A DNA stretch of 50,284 nucleotides from Ginsengibacter sp. (GCA_051959055.1 JBQCFO010000051.1:1-50284); one strand, 5' to 3'; counted from the stretch's first letter, positions 7,627 to 19,467 are shown. Numbers and translations: made by a program. Notes: generated by a model not told the origin, from the letters alone.

Positions 7627-10458
7627 ATGACGACAAGTAAAATCTCTACTAAAAAGAAAACACCCACTGTTGCAAATAATATTTTTATAAAAGGCGCAAG
7701 AGTTCACAATCTTAAAAACATCGATATTGAAATTCCGCGCAATAAATTAATCGTAGTAACCGGCGTGTCAGGCTCTGGAAAATCCTCCTTAACGATTGAT
7801 ACTTTATTTGCCGAAGGACAAAGGCGTTATGCAGAAAGCATGAGTGCCTACGCACGGCAATTTATGGCCCGTATGAATAAACCGGATGTTGATTATATAA
7901 AAGGATTATGCCCGGCAATTGCCATCGAACAAAAAGTGATTACGCGTACTCCCCGATCCACAGTGGGCAGTATGACCGAGATATATGATTACCTGCGTCT
8001 TTTATTTGCAAGAATTGGAAAAACAATTTCGCCTGTATCCGGAAGAGAAGTAAAAAAAGATGATGTAACAGATGTAGTGAAAGCGATTAATAATTTACAA
8101 AATGGCGATAAAGTATTGTTGCTGGTGGCTTTCCGTCAGCAGGAGCATCGCGATATAAAAGAAGAACTGCACATTTTGATGCAGAAGGGTTTTTCAAGAA
8201 TTTATGTTGATGGAAAAATTGAGCACATTGAAGACCTTCAGGAAAAAGAGGATTTAACCTCGTACTTCAAACATCTTACTTCATATATTTTGATTGATCG
8301 TTTAGTGGTAAAAAATTTTGATGAAGACGACAATCACCGGATTGCCGATTCTGTGAATACCGCTTTTTATGAAGGGGAAGGTGAAGTAATTCTTGAAATA
8401 AATGGAAAAGAACACCTGCACTTTTCAAATAAATATGAACTGGATGGAATTAAATTTGAAGAGCCAGTTCCTAATTTATTCTCCTTTAATAATCCTTATG
8501 GCGCTTGCCCGGTTTGTGGCGGTTTTTCCCTCGTTCTTGGCATTGATCCGGACCTCGTTTTCCCCGATAAAAGATTGAGTGTTTATGAAAACGCCATCGC
8601 TCCCTGGCGTGGCGAAAAATCTGGTTTGTGGAAAGAGAAACTTATCAAAGTTGCCAAACATTTTGATTTCCCGATTCATAAGCCGGTCATCGACCTTACA
8701 ACGGCTCAATATAATCTCCTCTGGACAGGCAATGAATTTTTTGAGGGAATCAATGAATTTTTCAAGGAAGTACAACAGAATTTGTATAAAATACAATACC
8801 GTGTTTTGCTAAGCCGCTATCGCGGAAAAACGATTTGTCCGGAATGCAATGGGTATCGTTTAAGAAAAGAAGCTTTATATGTGAAGGTAGATAATAAAAA
8901 CATCGGCGAGCTGTGCGAAATGCCGGTAAAAGACCTGCAAAAATGGTTTTCACAAATTCAATTATCAGATTTTGATAAGGCTGTCGGGAAAAGAATTTTG
9001 TTAGAAATCAATACGAGATTAAAAGTGCTTCTGGATGTAGGGCTTGGTTATCTTACTTTAAATCGCCTTGCCAATTCATTAAGTGGAGGAGAAAGCCAGC
9101 GCATTCAATTAACACGAAGCCTGGGAAGCAATCTTACCGATTCATTATATATTTTGGATGAGCCTTCCATCGGTTTGCATTCAAGAGATACAGAAAATTT
9201 AATCGGAGTTTTAAAAAATCTGCAGGCGTTGGGAAATACGGTTGTGGTGGTAGAACATGATGAAATGATGATGCGCAAAGCGGATCATATAATTGATATG
9301 GGCCCACTGGCGAGCCATTTGGGCGGAGAAATAATCGCAGAAGGGAACTACAATTCTATCATTAAAAATCCGCAAAGCCTTACCGGAAAATACCTTAGCG
9401 GAGAATTGAAAATTGAGCCTCCCAAAATTGTGCGCAAATGGAATCGTTCCATAAAAGTAGAAGGTGCGCGGCAAAACAATTTAAAAAATATTGATGTCGT
9501 TATCCCATTGAATATTTTGTGCCTGGTAACCGGTGTTAGCGGAAGTGGAAAAACAACTTTGGTCAAACAAATTTTATATCCGGCATTAAAAAAACTGAAA
9601 GGCGAATTTGCAGAAAAAATCGGATTAAGTAAAGGCATTTCAGGTGACGTGGATTTTATTTCGGAGGTAGAAATGATAGATCAGAATCCAATAGGAAAAT
9701 CATCGCGAAGTAACCCTGTAACATACATTAAAGCTTACGATGAAATCAGGGAATTGTTCAGTAAGCAGCCCTTGAGTAAAATACGCGGTTACCAGCCAAA
9801 ACACTTTTCGTTTAATGTAGACGGTGGCAGATGTGATGCCTGCAAAGGTGAAGGCGAACAGGTGGTAGAAATGCAATTCCTGGCTGATGTGCATTTGCTT
9901 TGTGATGTATGTGGAGGCAAAAGATTTAAAGAAGAAGTATTGGAAGTAAAATACAATGATAAAAGTATTTATGACGTCCTGGAGATGAGTGTGGATGAAG
10001 CGATTGCTTTTTTTTCAAAATAAAAATCATCCTCTAAAAAGAATGACACGACAGGAGAAGATATTGCCAAAAAAATTCAGCCTTTAAGCGATGTGGGATT
10101 GGGATATATTAAATTGGGCCAGTCTTCTGATACGCTTTCGGGCGGCGAGGCGCAGCGTGTAAAGCTCGCCTCTTGTTTAGGCAAGGGGAACCAGGGAAAT
10201 CTGTTATTTATTTTTGATGAACCTACAACAGGACTGCATTTTCATGACATAAAAAAATTACTGAAGTCGTTTAATGCGTTAATTGAACAAGGACATTCTA
10301 TTATCGTTATAGAGCATAATACCGATGTAATAAAATCTGCTGACTGGGTAATAGACCTGGGCCCGGGAGCAGGCGATGAAGGTGGAAACCTCGTCTATGC
10401 CGGTGTTCCGCAAGGATTAAAAAAAGTGGAAGAAAGTTATACGGGTAAATATATCTGA
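7627..10458 (+). pseudogene. uvrA: Excinuclease ABC subunit A, interrupted by one in-frame TAA at 10021-10023 (possibly a sequence error)
   Basis: Two ABC ATPase modules ([17 protein letters not shown]) and zinc fingers. ORFs 7627-10023 and 10093-10458 share a frame and read [32 protein letters not shown]. Confidence 0.9.
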
Positions 10459-10628
10459 TTGAAGATATTGATGTTTCGTCTTAATGATTATGCATAACAA
10501 AAATAAAATGCAGTAAACGAAGAAATATCGACCATTCCCGTTTTCTTTTTTAATAAAATTTAGATCAAAATTTCTTCTTTGTCCTCCTGTTTTGTTTTGT
10601 AGATTTATCTTTGAAAAAATTTCTTTTT

Positions 10629-11264
10629 ATGCATCCAAAAATCAATTGGCCGGAAGCGATGAAACCTTTAATTAAAAAATATAAAGGAAAAAAACATCCC
10701 TTGGATTATGAAAATACCTATCAGCTTTTAGTTGGTGTAATTTTATCTGCACAGGATTCGGACAGGCATATTAACCAACTTGCACCAGCGCTTTTCGAGG
10801 CATTTCCGGATATGGAGGCGCTTTCGCATGCCACTTCGGAAACATTATTTCCGCTCATTGGCTCCGTCCGCAATTATGCCAATAAGACCAAATGGCTTCT
10901 TGCCCTTGCCCAAAAAATAAAAAAAGACAGCAACATTCCGCTAACACTTGATCTATTGACTGAATTACCGGGAATTGGAAGAAAATCTGCCAACGTGATC
11001 ATGCGGGAAGCTGGCGCAAAAGCAGAAGGAGTTGTCGTAGACCTTCATGTTGTAAGGGTAGCGCCCCGGCTTGGAATTGCAACGGGAACGGATCCTAAAA
11101 AGATTGAAAAGCAAATAATGGAAACCCTTCCTGAAAGTGAATGGGATGCCGGAATGGCGATGTCATTTCTTGGAAGAGAAATCTGCAGGCCACAGCCAAA
11201 GTGCGAAATATGCTTGATGAAACCTGTTTGCGCTTATTATAACGGATGGTTGGAAGAAGGTTAA
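10629..11264 (+). CDS. nth: Endonuclease III
   Basis: ILSAQ, HhH motif LPGIGRKSANV, VDLHV, C-terminal four-Cys Fe-S motif. Start 10629 or 10611. Confidence 0.88.
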   Translation: MHPKINWPEAMKPLIKKYKGKKHPLDYENTYQLLVGVILSAQDSDRHINQLAPALFEAFPDMEALSHATSETLFPLIGSVRNYANKTKWLLALAQKIKKDSNIPLTLDLLTELPGIGRKSANVIMREAGAKAEGVVVDLHVVRVAPRLGIATGTDPKKIEKQIMETLPESEWDAGMAMSFLGREICRPQPKCEICLMKPVCAYYNGWLEEG

Positions 11265-11295
11265 AGGTTGAACGTTCGATGGTTGAAGGTTGAAG
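11257..11295 (+). repeat. Degenerate heptamer tandem repeat (AAGGTTG)
   Basis: aaggtta-aaggttg-aacgttc-gatggttg-aaggttg. Confidence 0.6.
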
Positions 11296-11511
11296 ATAAA
11301 CTTTACTGATTTAGATTTATCAGTTTCCTAAAACATTACCAAAAAATTTTATTGCTTTATAACATTACAAAACAATATACTATCCCATCTTTCGTTTTTC
11401 TATTGTTTTTACGGGATTTTTTTGCTAACACAGTACGCGAAGAATTTCTTAAAATAAATGTTTCTCAAATACAATTTGAGAAATTGTATCCTAATTCAAA
11501 ATTGCAAAACC

Positions 11512-11982
11512 TTGAAAAATCATCTGTTGATTTTTTTATTATTCATGTTTATTAGTCCTTTAATCAAAGGACAGGAGGTTATCAGGCAGGTTTCATGTTT
11601 TGATTCTACCATGAAATCACAGGCAGATAGTATGAAAAAAGAAATGGCCAACAAGGGATTTATTATAGTAAGGGAAGCCTCGATGACGATGGAAAGCGAA
11701 TATGAGATGCCGGTAATTGTTCCGCTTACCCAAGGCACCTGGTATCAGTTTGTATTTATTGGCGATCTTTCATCAAAACTTTATGAAGTGCGGATGTATG
11801 ATTATAATGAAAAACAGGTAGTGTATCAAAAACATTTTGGGGATGGAATGGAAAGTAATGTTATCAGCTATTCTTATATTCCTCAATTCACTGAATACCA
11901 TATTATCAAACCGGTTCAGGTAAATAAAAAGAAGAAAAAGGGAATTTGCGGGTATATCATTATGTTTAAAAAAGTAAAGTAG
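11512..11982 (+). CDS. Hypothetical secreted protein
   Basis: Long ORF. Signal-peptide-like N-terminus from TTG 11512. Confidence 0.65.
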   Translation: MKNHLLIFLLFMFISPLIKGQEVIRQVSCFDSTMKSQADSMKKEMANKGFIIVREASMTMESEYEMPVIVPLTQGTWYQFVFIGDLSSKLYEVRMYDYNEKQVVYQKHFGDGMESNVISYSYIPQFTEYHIIKPVQVNKKKKKGICGYIIMFKKVK

Positions 11983-12185
11983 TTTTTTTAGCTGCCTGTA
12001 ACAGGAACCCCACACAAATTACTCAGCAAACAAAGAAATAACCTGAATTCTTAATTGTCGTTTTCATTCTCAACATTATTTTTCCCTTTACCCATCGGTG
12101 TTTAACAATACAATTGAAACAAAAAAATACTTTTTTCTTTGTTTACTATCCTGTATTTGTGAAGAGAAAATTATTTACTTGCCTT

Positions 12186-12785
12186 TTAGGTTCTTTTCAG
12201 GCGGGTTTCCTTATTTGCTGCAAGCCATTTATTAATCGGAGAATTTTTTTTCGTGTGTTCTTCACTGTTATATTCTGTATCAACGGCATACCGGTCATTA
12301 TGTTTTATCAGCAACCAACTGTTATCTTCTTTCCCTTTTAATCTTACCAAAACAAATTCACCTTTCAATTTTTTTCCGAATAAATGAAATTTGAAATCAC
12401 CCGATTTCAATCCTGCGCGAAGATTTTTTTCTGCCACCTCGCGGGGAGAATTTGCCAGGTCTGCATAAGTACCGCTATCCCAGATCTCTACAATGCCGGC
12501 ACCGTAATTTCCTTCAGGAATCGTACCTGCAAAATCTTTATAATCATAAGGATGATCTTCCACCATCATCGCCAGCCTTTTATCTTTTGGATTCATAGAC
12601 GGCCCTTTTGGTACCGCCCAGCTTTTTAAAACGCCATCCAGTTCCAATCTGAAATCATAATGCAAACGCGACGCTTTGTGCCGCTGCACGACAAAGATCA
12701 ATTCAGATTCAGATTCTTTTACTTTGCCCGCTGGTTCGGAGGTTTCTTTAAAATTTCTTTTCTTATTGTAAAGTGTTAATGCCAT
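12186..12785 (-). CDS. LigD 3'-phosphoesterase domain protein (standalone)
   Basis: KRNFKETSEP, FVVQRHKASRLHYDFRLE, SWAVPKGPS, EDHP, GNYGAG motifs. Coupled to ku. Confidence 0.93.
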   Translation of the reverse strand: MALTLYNKKRNFKETSEPAGKVKESESELIFVVQRHKASRLHYDFRLELDGVLKSWAVPKGPSMNPKDKRLAMMVEDHPYDYKDFAGTIPEGNYGAGIVEIWDSGTYADLANSPREVAEKNLRAGLKSGDFKFHLFGKKLKGEFVLVRLKGKEDNSWLLIKHNDRYAVDTEYNSEEHTKKNSPINKWLAANKETRLKRT

Positions 12786-13561
12786 TATGCAGATTTTTTA
12801 CGTTTTACTTCAAGGCTTGCTTTAATCTGTTCCATCAAGTCTTTTGTTGTACTGTGAACCACTTTCATTTCAGGGGCCTTGATCTTTTTCCCTTTCGCCT
12901 TAGCCTCAATTATTTTTAATAACTCATCATTATAATTGTCTTTATATTTTGAAATATCAAATTTTCCGGTGAGCTGATCAATTAAAGTAATGGCCATTTT
13001 TAATTCAGCCGGTTTTACGTCTGTATTTTTAGGAAGAGTCAACTGATTCGGATCGCGTATTTCCTGAGCAAATCTTATTTTGTTTAAAACAATGACATTG
13101 TTATCGGGACGCAGGATTGCCAACGCTTCTTTGTTGCGCATCACAAACGTAGAAACACCTACTTTTTTTGTTTTTTTTAATGCTTCAAGTAATAATGCAT
13201 AAGGCCTTGTACCAGATTTGTCAGGTTCCAGGTAATAAGGCGTTTCGTAATAAAGACTGCTGATTTCATCCTCTTTTACAAAGTCAGAAATCGAAATGGT
13301 CTTTGTTTTTTCGGCAGCTACCGCTTCAAAATCTTTATCATCGAGTACTACATATTCATTATCTATTTTATACCCTTTTACGATATTCCCCCACGGCACT
13401 TCCTTGCCTGTATTTTCGTTCACACGCTGGTATTTAATGTGTGCATGATCTTTTTTATCAAGCATATCCAAATCAAGGTTGCTTGTTTCTGTAGCGCTGT
13501 AAATTTTTACCGGAATATTTACTAATCCGAAACCGATCGCGCCTGTCCAGATTGGTCTCAT
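12785..13561 (-). CDS. ku: NHEJ DNA end-binding protein Ku
   Basis: [19 protein letters not shown] start, [14 protein letters not shown], basic C-terminal tail. Confidence 0.95.
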   Translation of the reverse strand: MRPIWTGAIGFGLVNIPVKIYSATETSNLDLDMLDKKDHAHIKYQRVNENTGKEVPWGNIVKGYKIDNEYVVLDDKDFEAVAAEKTKTISISDFVKEDEISSLYYETPYYLEPDKSGTRPYALLLEALKKTKKVGVSTFVMRNKEALAILRPDNNVIVLNKIRFAQEIRDPNQLTLPKNTDVKPAELKMAITLIDQLTGKFDISKYKDNYNDELLKIIEAKAKGKKIKAPEMKVVHSTTKDLMEQIKASLEVKRKKSA

Positions 13562-13755
13562 ATTGATCATTTTATGGTGAGAATAAAACTAACCTGAAAA
13601 TCTGTGCCTTTTTTATTTCTATTGTTTAATTAAGCTATTTAAGAAATTACATGTATGAAATGAGGAATTACTTCCACAATGAGCAATACTATTTTATTAT
13701 CTTCCTTCTAATCAAGCAGTCAATTCATTACCAGATCAGTTAAATTTTTTTGGAA

Positions 13756-14163
13756 TCAGACAAAGGGATTTACAATAGTTAATTTCTTTTCAACTACAAG
13801 CCCGTGCTGCATATCTTCTGAAAACAATACAGAACAATTTCCTTCCAGTGAGGCGGCAACTATAATGGAATCAAAAAGCTGAAAATTATACTTTTTAATT
13901 AAGCGGGCAGCGGATAAAAGTGTAGGAGTAGTTACATATATTATCTCACAATCTTTAAGCAATTCAGCACCTTGAATCAGTAGCTCTGCTTTAAGTAAAT
14001 CAAGTATTCTGCGAGTAGTATTTAAGTATTCTGAAATTACCTGAGTAGATATTTTAGGATTTTCTGCGAGTATCTCTTTTGCAATTCTCCTTTTGCGCTC
14101 ATCTGATTTATCATGCAGATATATCAATACATTCGTATCAACAGCGCAAACATCATTGATCAT
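13756..14163 (-). CDS. PIN domain toxin (VapC-like)
   Basis: VDTNVLIY, QVISE, FDSIIVAAS, LFSED acidic PIN residues. Confidence 0.9.
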   Translation of the reverse strand: MINDVCAVDTNVLIYLHDKSDERKRRIAKEILAENPKISTQVISEYLNTTRRILDLLKAELLIQGAELLKDCEIIYVTTPTLLSAARLIKKYNFQLFDSIIVAASLEGNCSVLFSEDMQHGLVVEKKLTIVNPFV

Positions 14164-14386
14164 AATTGTTGGCTTCATTCCTGTTGAATGTAAAATTACT
14201 CAAATCCACCAGGCTGTTTTTGGTAATTTCTTCAATTTTTTTGATTCGCTGTTCTTTCGTCATACCAACTTCCTCAGCAGCAGGGTTAATTTCAAAAGCA
14301 ATTACCTCTACCGTCTTGCCAACGAGTTCGTTTGGCAAACGCATGATGAAAATCGGTTCCGTAGGCGTTATGATTTCACGTAACAT
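14153..14386 (-). CDS. Probable antitoxin of the PIN toxin
   Basis: 77-aa ORF overlapping the toxin start. LPNELVGKTVEVI and FNRNEAN patterns typical of Bacteroidota PIN partners. Confidence 0.7.
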   Translation of the reverse strand: MLREIITPTEPIFIMRLPNELVGKTVEVIAFEINPAAEEVGMTKEQRIKKIEEITKNSLVDLSNFTFNRNEANNYDQ

Positions 14387-14494
14387 GATATTTGTTTGTA
14401 TCAATAAAGATAGCAAAAAAAGAAATAACGATTGGATAAGCGGATAATAATAATAAAACTCAAACGGACACAATCTTAAAATGATTTAAAATAT

Positions 14495-16819
14495 TCAATT
14501 TTTCGTTCTTCTAAAATCCAACAATAATACCGGCAGTAAAATTAAATTTGTAAGAGTCGCTACAAACAAGGTAATAGAAGTAAGCCAGCCAAGAGATTGA
14601 GTGCCGCCAAAACCACTGAAACAAAAAATTATAAAGCCGGCAATTAAAACCAAAGAGGTATAAATAATGCTTAATCCGGTATGCTTTATTGTTTCAGAAA
14701 CCGTTTTCTTTAGGTCAAAATTATTGGAGGGAAGTTCCTGTTTATAATTTACCAAAAAGCGAATCGTGACATCAATGGCGATTCCAAGAGCAACACTAAA
14801 GATCAATACAGTTGAAGGTTTTAACCTCACTCCTGCCCAGCCCATAATTCCTGCCGTTACCACTAATGGAATCACATTTGGTATTAATGAGCAGATTAAA
14901 ATGCGCACAGATTTGAACAAATACAACATGCAAAGCGCAATAAATAAAAATGCCCAAAGCAAACTCTCTTTTAATCCATTGATAATATAGCGGCTCCCTT
15001 CTAAAAAAGTAATTGTAGAACCGGTGAAAATTATTTTATATTTTGAAGTGTCAAAAATATGATCCGTTTCCTTCTGCAAATTGTTCAAAATGACCGGAAG
15101 TTTTTCTGTTCCGACATCTCGCATATTGATGCTCATTCGTGTACTTTGCCTTGCAGTATCAATAAAACTGGTGAGTAGTTTTGAAAGATTGCTTTTTGGG
15201 CCGCCGCCTTTTTCTGGCTTCAGATAATCGCCTATAAAAGCGATATCAAACTGATTTGGCAACGCATAATTTAAAGAGTCCCCTTCATAAAATCCTTGTT
15301 TCACAAATTTGATTCCCTGGACAATGCAAAGTGGCCGGCTCATTTCCGGCTGCTTTTTTATATAAGAAGAAAGAGAATCCATTTTTACCAAAACGGGTAA
15401 AATGCGGGAGCCGGCAAGACCATTTCTTTTCTTTGTATCAATTACAATTTCCAGTGGCATCACACCTTTAAAATTACTTTCAAAAAATTTCAGGTCGGTA
15501 TATATCTTATCTGTTTTTGGTAAATCATCTACAATAAAACCTTCTGTTTTCAACTTAAAAATTCCAAACGCTGAAAAAACAATCACGGCTAACGTGCATG
15601 CATACACGATTTTTCTATGAACAAAAACCCACCGTTCAATTTTCAATAAAATGGTTGTAAAAATTTTGACATCCAAATATTGCAATTGCCTTTGTTGAGG
15701 CGCTTTCATAAAACTCAAAACTGAAGGAAGTAAAATAAAGGAGATAACAAAAATAAACATGATCCCCAGTCCTGCAACTTTTCCAAACTCCTGCAAAATG
15801 GCGCTGTGTGTTAAAGCAAAAACCGCGAAGCCTATTGCTGCTGTGAGGTTACAGAAAAGAGTAACCACCCCCATCCTGCTCACCATGTCTATTAATGATT
15901 GCTCTTTATCGCCGGTTTTTTTATAAGTGGAATGATATTTATTTAAAAAATAAATACAATTTGGAATACCAATTACTACAATTAAAGGCGGAATTAAAGC
16001 AGTTAACAAAGTGATTTTGTAACCAAAAAGATACATAATACCCACACTCCAGATAACTCCCGTAATTACAACCAATAAAGATAAAAGTGTAGTCTTCACC
16101 GAACGAAACATCAGTAATAATATCAAGGCAGAAAGAGCGAGGGAACCAATGATAAACCATTTCATTTCACGCGCAATCCTGTCTGCAACCTGCGTGCGAA
16201 TCAAAGGCAAACCGCTGATATGCGTAGGAATTTTTGTTGCTGCTGTATATTCATTCGCCCGTTCAATAATATCGTTGATCACTTTCGTTCTTCCTTTTGA
16301 ATTTAGGATATCTTTATTAATTCTCACCACCAACAAATAGGCGGCGCTTGCAGGATTGTACAAAAGGGATTTATAAAAAGGAAGCGAATAAAAGATTTTT
16401 AAACTGCTATCAATTTGTTGTTGTGATTGGAGGTCTTTTGGAAAAACCGGAATCGCATCCAGTTTTTGGTTAACAGTATCTTTCAAAAGATCAACGGCAT
16501 TGGCCACACTCAAAACATCTTCTACATAATGAATGTTTTTTAATTCCGTATTTAATTTGCTAAAAGCCCTGAAATTTTTTAATTGAAAAAAATCATTTGA
16601 CTGAACGCCGATCACCAATACATTTCCATCATCCCCAAATTTTTCTTTGAAAGAAAGATAATCCTGGTACTTTGGATTATTGGTCGGAATCGCTTTTGAA
16701 AACTCATAACTGAGTTTGATTTTGCTTGCAAAAAAGGCCATTACCGCGGTTGACAGAAACAGGATTATTAAAAGAAGTAATCGGTTTTTTAAAACAAACT
16801 TTGCAAGGCGCTGCCACAT
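14495..16819 (-). CDS. RND/MMPL family transporter
   Basis: Duplicated 1+5 TM architecture, GIAIDVTI motif. Confidence 0.9.
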   Translation of the reverse strand: MWQRLAKFVLKNRLLLLIILFLSTAVMAFFASKIKLSYEFSKAIPTNNPKYQDYLSFKEKFGDDGNVLVIGVQSNDFFQLKNFRAFSKLNTELKNIHYVEDVLSVANAVDLLKDTVNQKLDAIPVFPKDLQSQQQIDSSLKIFYSLPFYKSLLYNPASAAYLLVVRINKDILNSKGRTKVINDIIERANEYTAATKIPTHISGLPLIRTQVADRIAREMKWFIIGSLALSALILLLMFRSVKTTLLSLLVVITGVIWSVGIMYLFGYKITLLTALIPPLIVVIGIPNCIYFLNKYHSTYKKTGDKEQSLIDMVSRMGVVTLFCNLTAAIGFAVFALTHSAILQEFGKVAGLGIMFIFVISFILLPSVLSFMKAPQQRQLQYLDVKIFTTILLKIERWVFVHRKIVYACTLAVIVFSAFGIFKLKTEGFIVDDLPKTDKIYTDLKFFESNFKGVMPLEIVIDTKKRNGLAGSRILPVLVKMDSLSSYIKKQPEMSRPLCIVQGIKFVKQGFYEGDSLNYALPNQFDIAFIGDYLKPEKGGGPKSNLSKLLTSFIDTARQSTRMSINMRDVGTEKLPVILNNLQKETDHIFDTSKYKIIFTGSTITFLEGSRYIINGLKESLLWAFLFIALCMLYLFKSVRILICSLIPNVIPLVVTAGIMGWAGVRLKPSTVLIFSVALGIAIDVTIRFLVNYKQELPSNNFDLKKTVSETIKHTGLSIIYTSLVLIAGFIIFCFSGFGGTQSLGWLTSITLFVATLTNLILLPVLLLDFRRTKN

Positions 16820-16885
16820 AATTAATAAAATTTTTTTTGCGCAAAGGAATGAAAAATAAAAATCGGGTTATTTGTTTGTTTACTG

Positions 16886-16914
16886 CATCAACTTTCAACA
16901 TTAAACCTTCAACC
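16886..16914 (-). repeat. Degenerate heptamer tandem repeat
   Basis: catcaac-tttcaac-attaaac-cttcaac, i.e. GTTGAAG-like on the dnaX strand just after its stop. Confidence 0.55.
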
Positions 16915-16919
16915 AAACA

Positions 16920-18725
16920 TTACCATTCCAACTCCATTCCCAACTGATCTTTTAACTGTTTCACCAAAGGATACTCTTCGATGATTCTTAAATATTGTTG
17001 TTTACTGGTAAGGATTTCTTCCTTTGGATCGTTTTCACTTTCACTTTCATCAGTCCGTAATGTATAAATAAGATAACGGTTATTAAAATGAGACTGAAGG
17101 TGCGCAATCAAATCTCCTCTTTCGGCTTCAATAAATTTTTGCTGCAGATTAGTACCGGTAATTATTTCGATGCAATTTTCATCCGCAATATTCAATTTTG
17201 CGGATTTAAAATTAGAGACAATTGGTTTTTTATTACTGTTGATTAGCTTCTCAATATATAACCCCCATGCGATATAAAGCTCTTCTTCATTTAATTCTAT
17301 TACATGGTTATTCTTATTTTCAAGGGCTACTTTTTCCCTTATTTTTTCCAAAGAACTAAGCTTTGTAAATTTTGTTTTAGGAATGTTATGCGCTACATGA
17401 GTATGATCAGGCGTGGCTTTTGGTGCTTCAGGTTTTAAAACTTCTTTTTCGATAGTCAGTTTTGCTTCTTCATTTCTGACAGAAGGTTCCGTCTTTTTTA
17501 TTTTTGGTAAAACCGGTTCTTTTTTTAAAGCATTTACCGCAACAGGAGCTATAATTTTAAACGCAACAGGCTTTACGCTTTCAAGCTGTTTTTTTTTTGA
17601 CAACTTACCTTCATCATTCACCAGGCTGAGAGCCTGATTCAGATAAGAAAGTTTTATAAAAGTAAGTTCTACATGAAGTCTTTTATTTTTTGCAAGCCGG
17701 TAATTGATTTCTGATTCACTTAAAATATTCAAAGCGCTCAGCAGCCATGAATCATTTATTTTGGATGCGGTTTCTAAATAACGTTGTTTAAATCCTTCTG
17801 AAACTTCCAGCAAAACGGCCACTTTCGCGTCTTTACTTACCAATAAATTTCTGAGAAACTCGGCAAATCCATTCAATACCAAATCGCCTTCAAAACCTTT
17901 GCGGTTTATTTCATCGTACAGCAAAATGGCATCACCGGCGTTTTGATTTTGCATCGCATCTATCAAACGGAAATAATAATCTTCATCCAGGATATTTAAA
18001 TGTTCCAGCGTATTTGAATAAGTGAGTTCACCATTGGTAAAACTGACAATTTTATCCAGAATACTCAAAGAATCGCGAAGGCAGCCTTCGCTTTTTTGGG
18101 CGATAATGTGAAGCGCGGTTTTATCAGCTTTAATATGTTCTTTTTGGCAGATTTCATCAAGATGTTCTACCGTATCGCTGTTGGTAATTCTTTTAAAATC
18201 AAATATCTGGCAACGTGATAAAATCGTTGGAATAATTTTATGTTTTTCTGTAGTAGCCAAAATAAAAATAGCGAATGGTGGTGGCTCTTCCAACGTTTTC
18301 AAAAAAGCATTAAATGCCGCAGAACTTAACATGTGAACCTCATCCACAATATAAACTTTGTATTTTCCTGCCTGTGGCGCAAAGCGAACCTGATCTACCA
18401 AAGCACGGATATCATCTACCGAATTGTTGCTGGCCGCATCCAGTTCATGAATATTCAGAGAACTTCCATTATCAAAAGAAATGCACGAATTACAAACATT
18501 GCAAGCCTCTCCCTCTTCTGCTCTGTTTTCACAATTAATTGTTTTAGCAAGAATCCTGGCGCATGTTGTTTTACCTACGCCACGAGGCCCGCAAAAAAGA
18601 AAAGCGTGTGCAAGCTGGTTATTCTTTATCGCGTTTTTTAAAGTAGTGGTAATGTGCGATTGGCCCACAACTGTACTGAAATTTTGGGGCCGGTATTTAC
18701 GTGCAGAAACAATGAATTTGTCCAT
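16920..18725 (-). CDS. dnaX: DNA polymerase III subunit gamma/tau
   Basis: ARKYRP, GPRGVGKTT, DEVHML, SRCQ motifs. Confidence 0.97.
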   Translation of the reverse strand: MDKFIVSARKYRPQNFSTVVGQSHITTTLKNAIKNNQLAHAFLFCGPRGVGKTTCARILAKTINCENRAEEGEACNVCNSCISFDNGSSLNIHELDAASNNSVDDIRALVDQVRFAPQAGKYKVYIVDEVHMLSSAAFNAFLKTLEEPPPFAIFILATTEKHKIIPTILSRCQIFDFKRITNSDTVEHLDEICQKEHIKADKTALHIIAQKSEGCLRDSLSILDKIVSFTNGELTYSNTLEHLNILDEDYYFRLIDAMQNQNAGDAILLYDEINRKGFEGDLVLNGFAEFLRNLLVSKDAKVAVLLEVSEGFKQRYLETASKINDSWLLSALNILSESEINYRLAKNKRLHVELTFIKLSYLNQALSLVNDEGKLSKKKQLESVKPVAFKIIAPVAVNALKKEPVLPKIKKTEPSVRNEEAKLTIEKEVLKPEAPKATPDHTHVAHNIPKTKFTKLSSLEKIREKVALENKNNHVIELNEEELYIAWGLYIEKLINSNKKPIVSNFKSAKLNIADENCIEIITGTNLQQKFIEAERGDLIAHLQSHFNNRYLIYTLRTDESESENDPKEEILTSKQQYLRIIEEYPLVKQLKDQLGMELEW

Positions 18726-18876
18726 AATGAAAAGAGACAAATTTAAGGAAATAATTCCGAAGCCACTTGCCCGTCATCATCAAAATCAAAAAAGAAAAGG
18801 TTATGAAAAAAAGGGGATTATAAGTGGTAAAGGGATGTATATCAACCGGAAAACATCATTGACAAACCAGCTTTTT

Positions 18877-19467
18877 TCAGCAACTATGCATCTTCATCAA
18901 ATGATCTATTTCGGCGGAAAGCCGTGCAAAAATATCATCTACTGTTCCTTCACCTTTTACCAGGACCACTTTATGGGCTTTTTGATAATGATCGGCAACA
19001 GTGGCAGTTTTTTTATGATATTCGGCAATACGCGCTCTGATCACTATTTCGTTGGTATCATCAGAACGGCCGCTGGTTTCGCCACGTTTTAATAAACGTT
19101 TTATCAGTTCATCCTCACTTACTTCCAATGCAATCATCACGTCAATGCAGGTATGTTTTCTGGCCAAAAGATTATCCAGTTCCTCTGCCTGAATAGCTGT
19201 TCGCGGAAAGCCATCAAACAAAAAACCAGCTGCTTCCATATTCATATCAAGCGCATCATTTATCATTCCAATCACCACTTCGTCAGGCACTAAATTGCCT
19301 TTATCCATAAATTTTTTTGCTTCGATTCCTAATGGCGTTTTTCGCGAGATTTCACTTCTTAATAAATCGCCGGTTGAAAGATGCCTGAGATGATATTTAG
19401 CAATCAGTTTTTCCGATTGAGTTCCTTTTCCGCTGCCAGGAGGGCCAAATAAAATTAGATTAAACAT
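18877..19467 (-). CDS. adk: Adenylate kinase
   Basis: GPPGSGKGTQ, STGDLLR, DGFPRT, short LID GRSDD. Confidence 0.96.
   Translation of the reverse strand: MFNLILFGPPGSGKGTQSEKLIAKYHLRHLSTGDLLRSEISRKTPLGIEAKKFMDKGNLVPDEVVIGMINDALDMNMEAAGFLFDGFPRTAIQAEELDNLLARKHTCIDVMIALEVSEDELIKRLLKRGETSGRSDDTNEIVIRARIAEYHKKTATVADHYQKAHKVVLVKGEGTVDDIFARLSAEIDHLMKMHSC

Noticed and set aside
13595-13609. Sigma-54-like GGCAC motif upstream of ku
   Set aside because: The -12 GC is missing (GGCACAGATTTTCA), too weak to call.
18481-19092. 203-aa + strand ORF and the many other antisense ORFs in the track
   Set aside because: Shadow frames of dnaX/adk and other well-supported genes.
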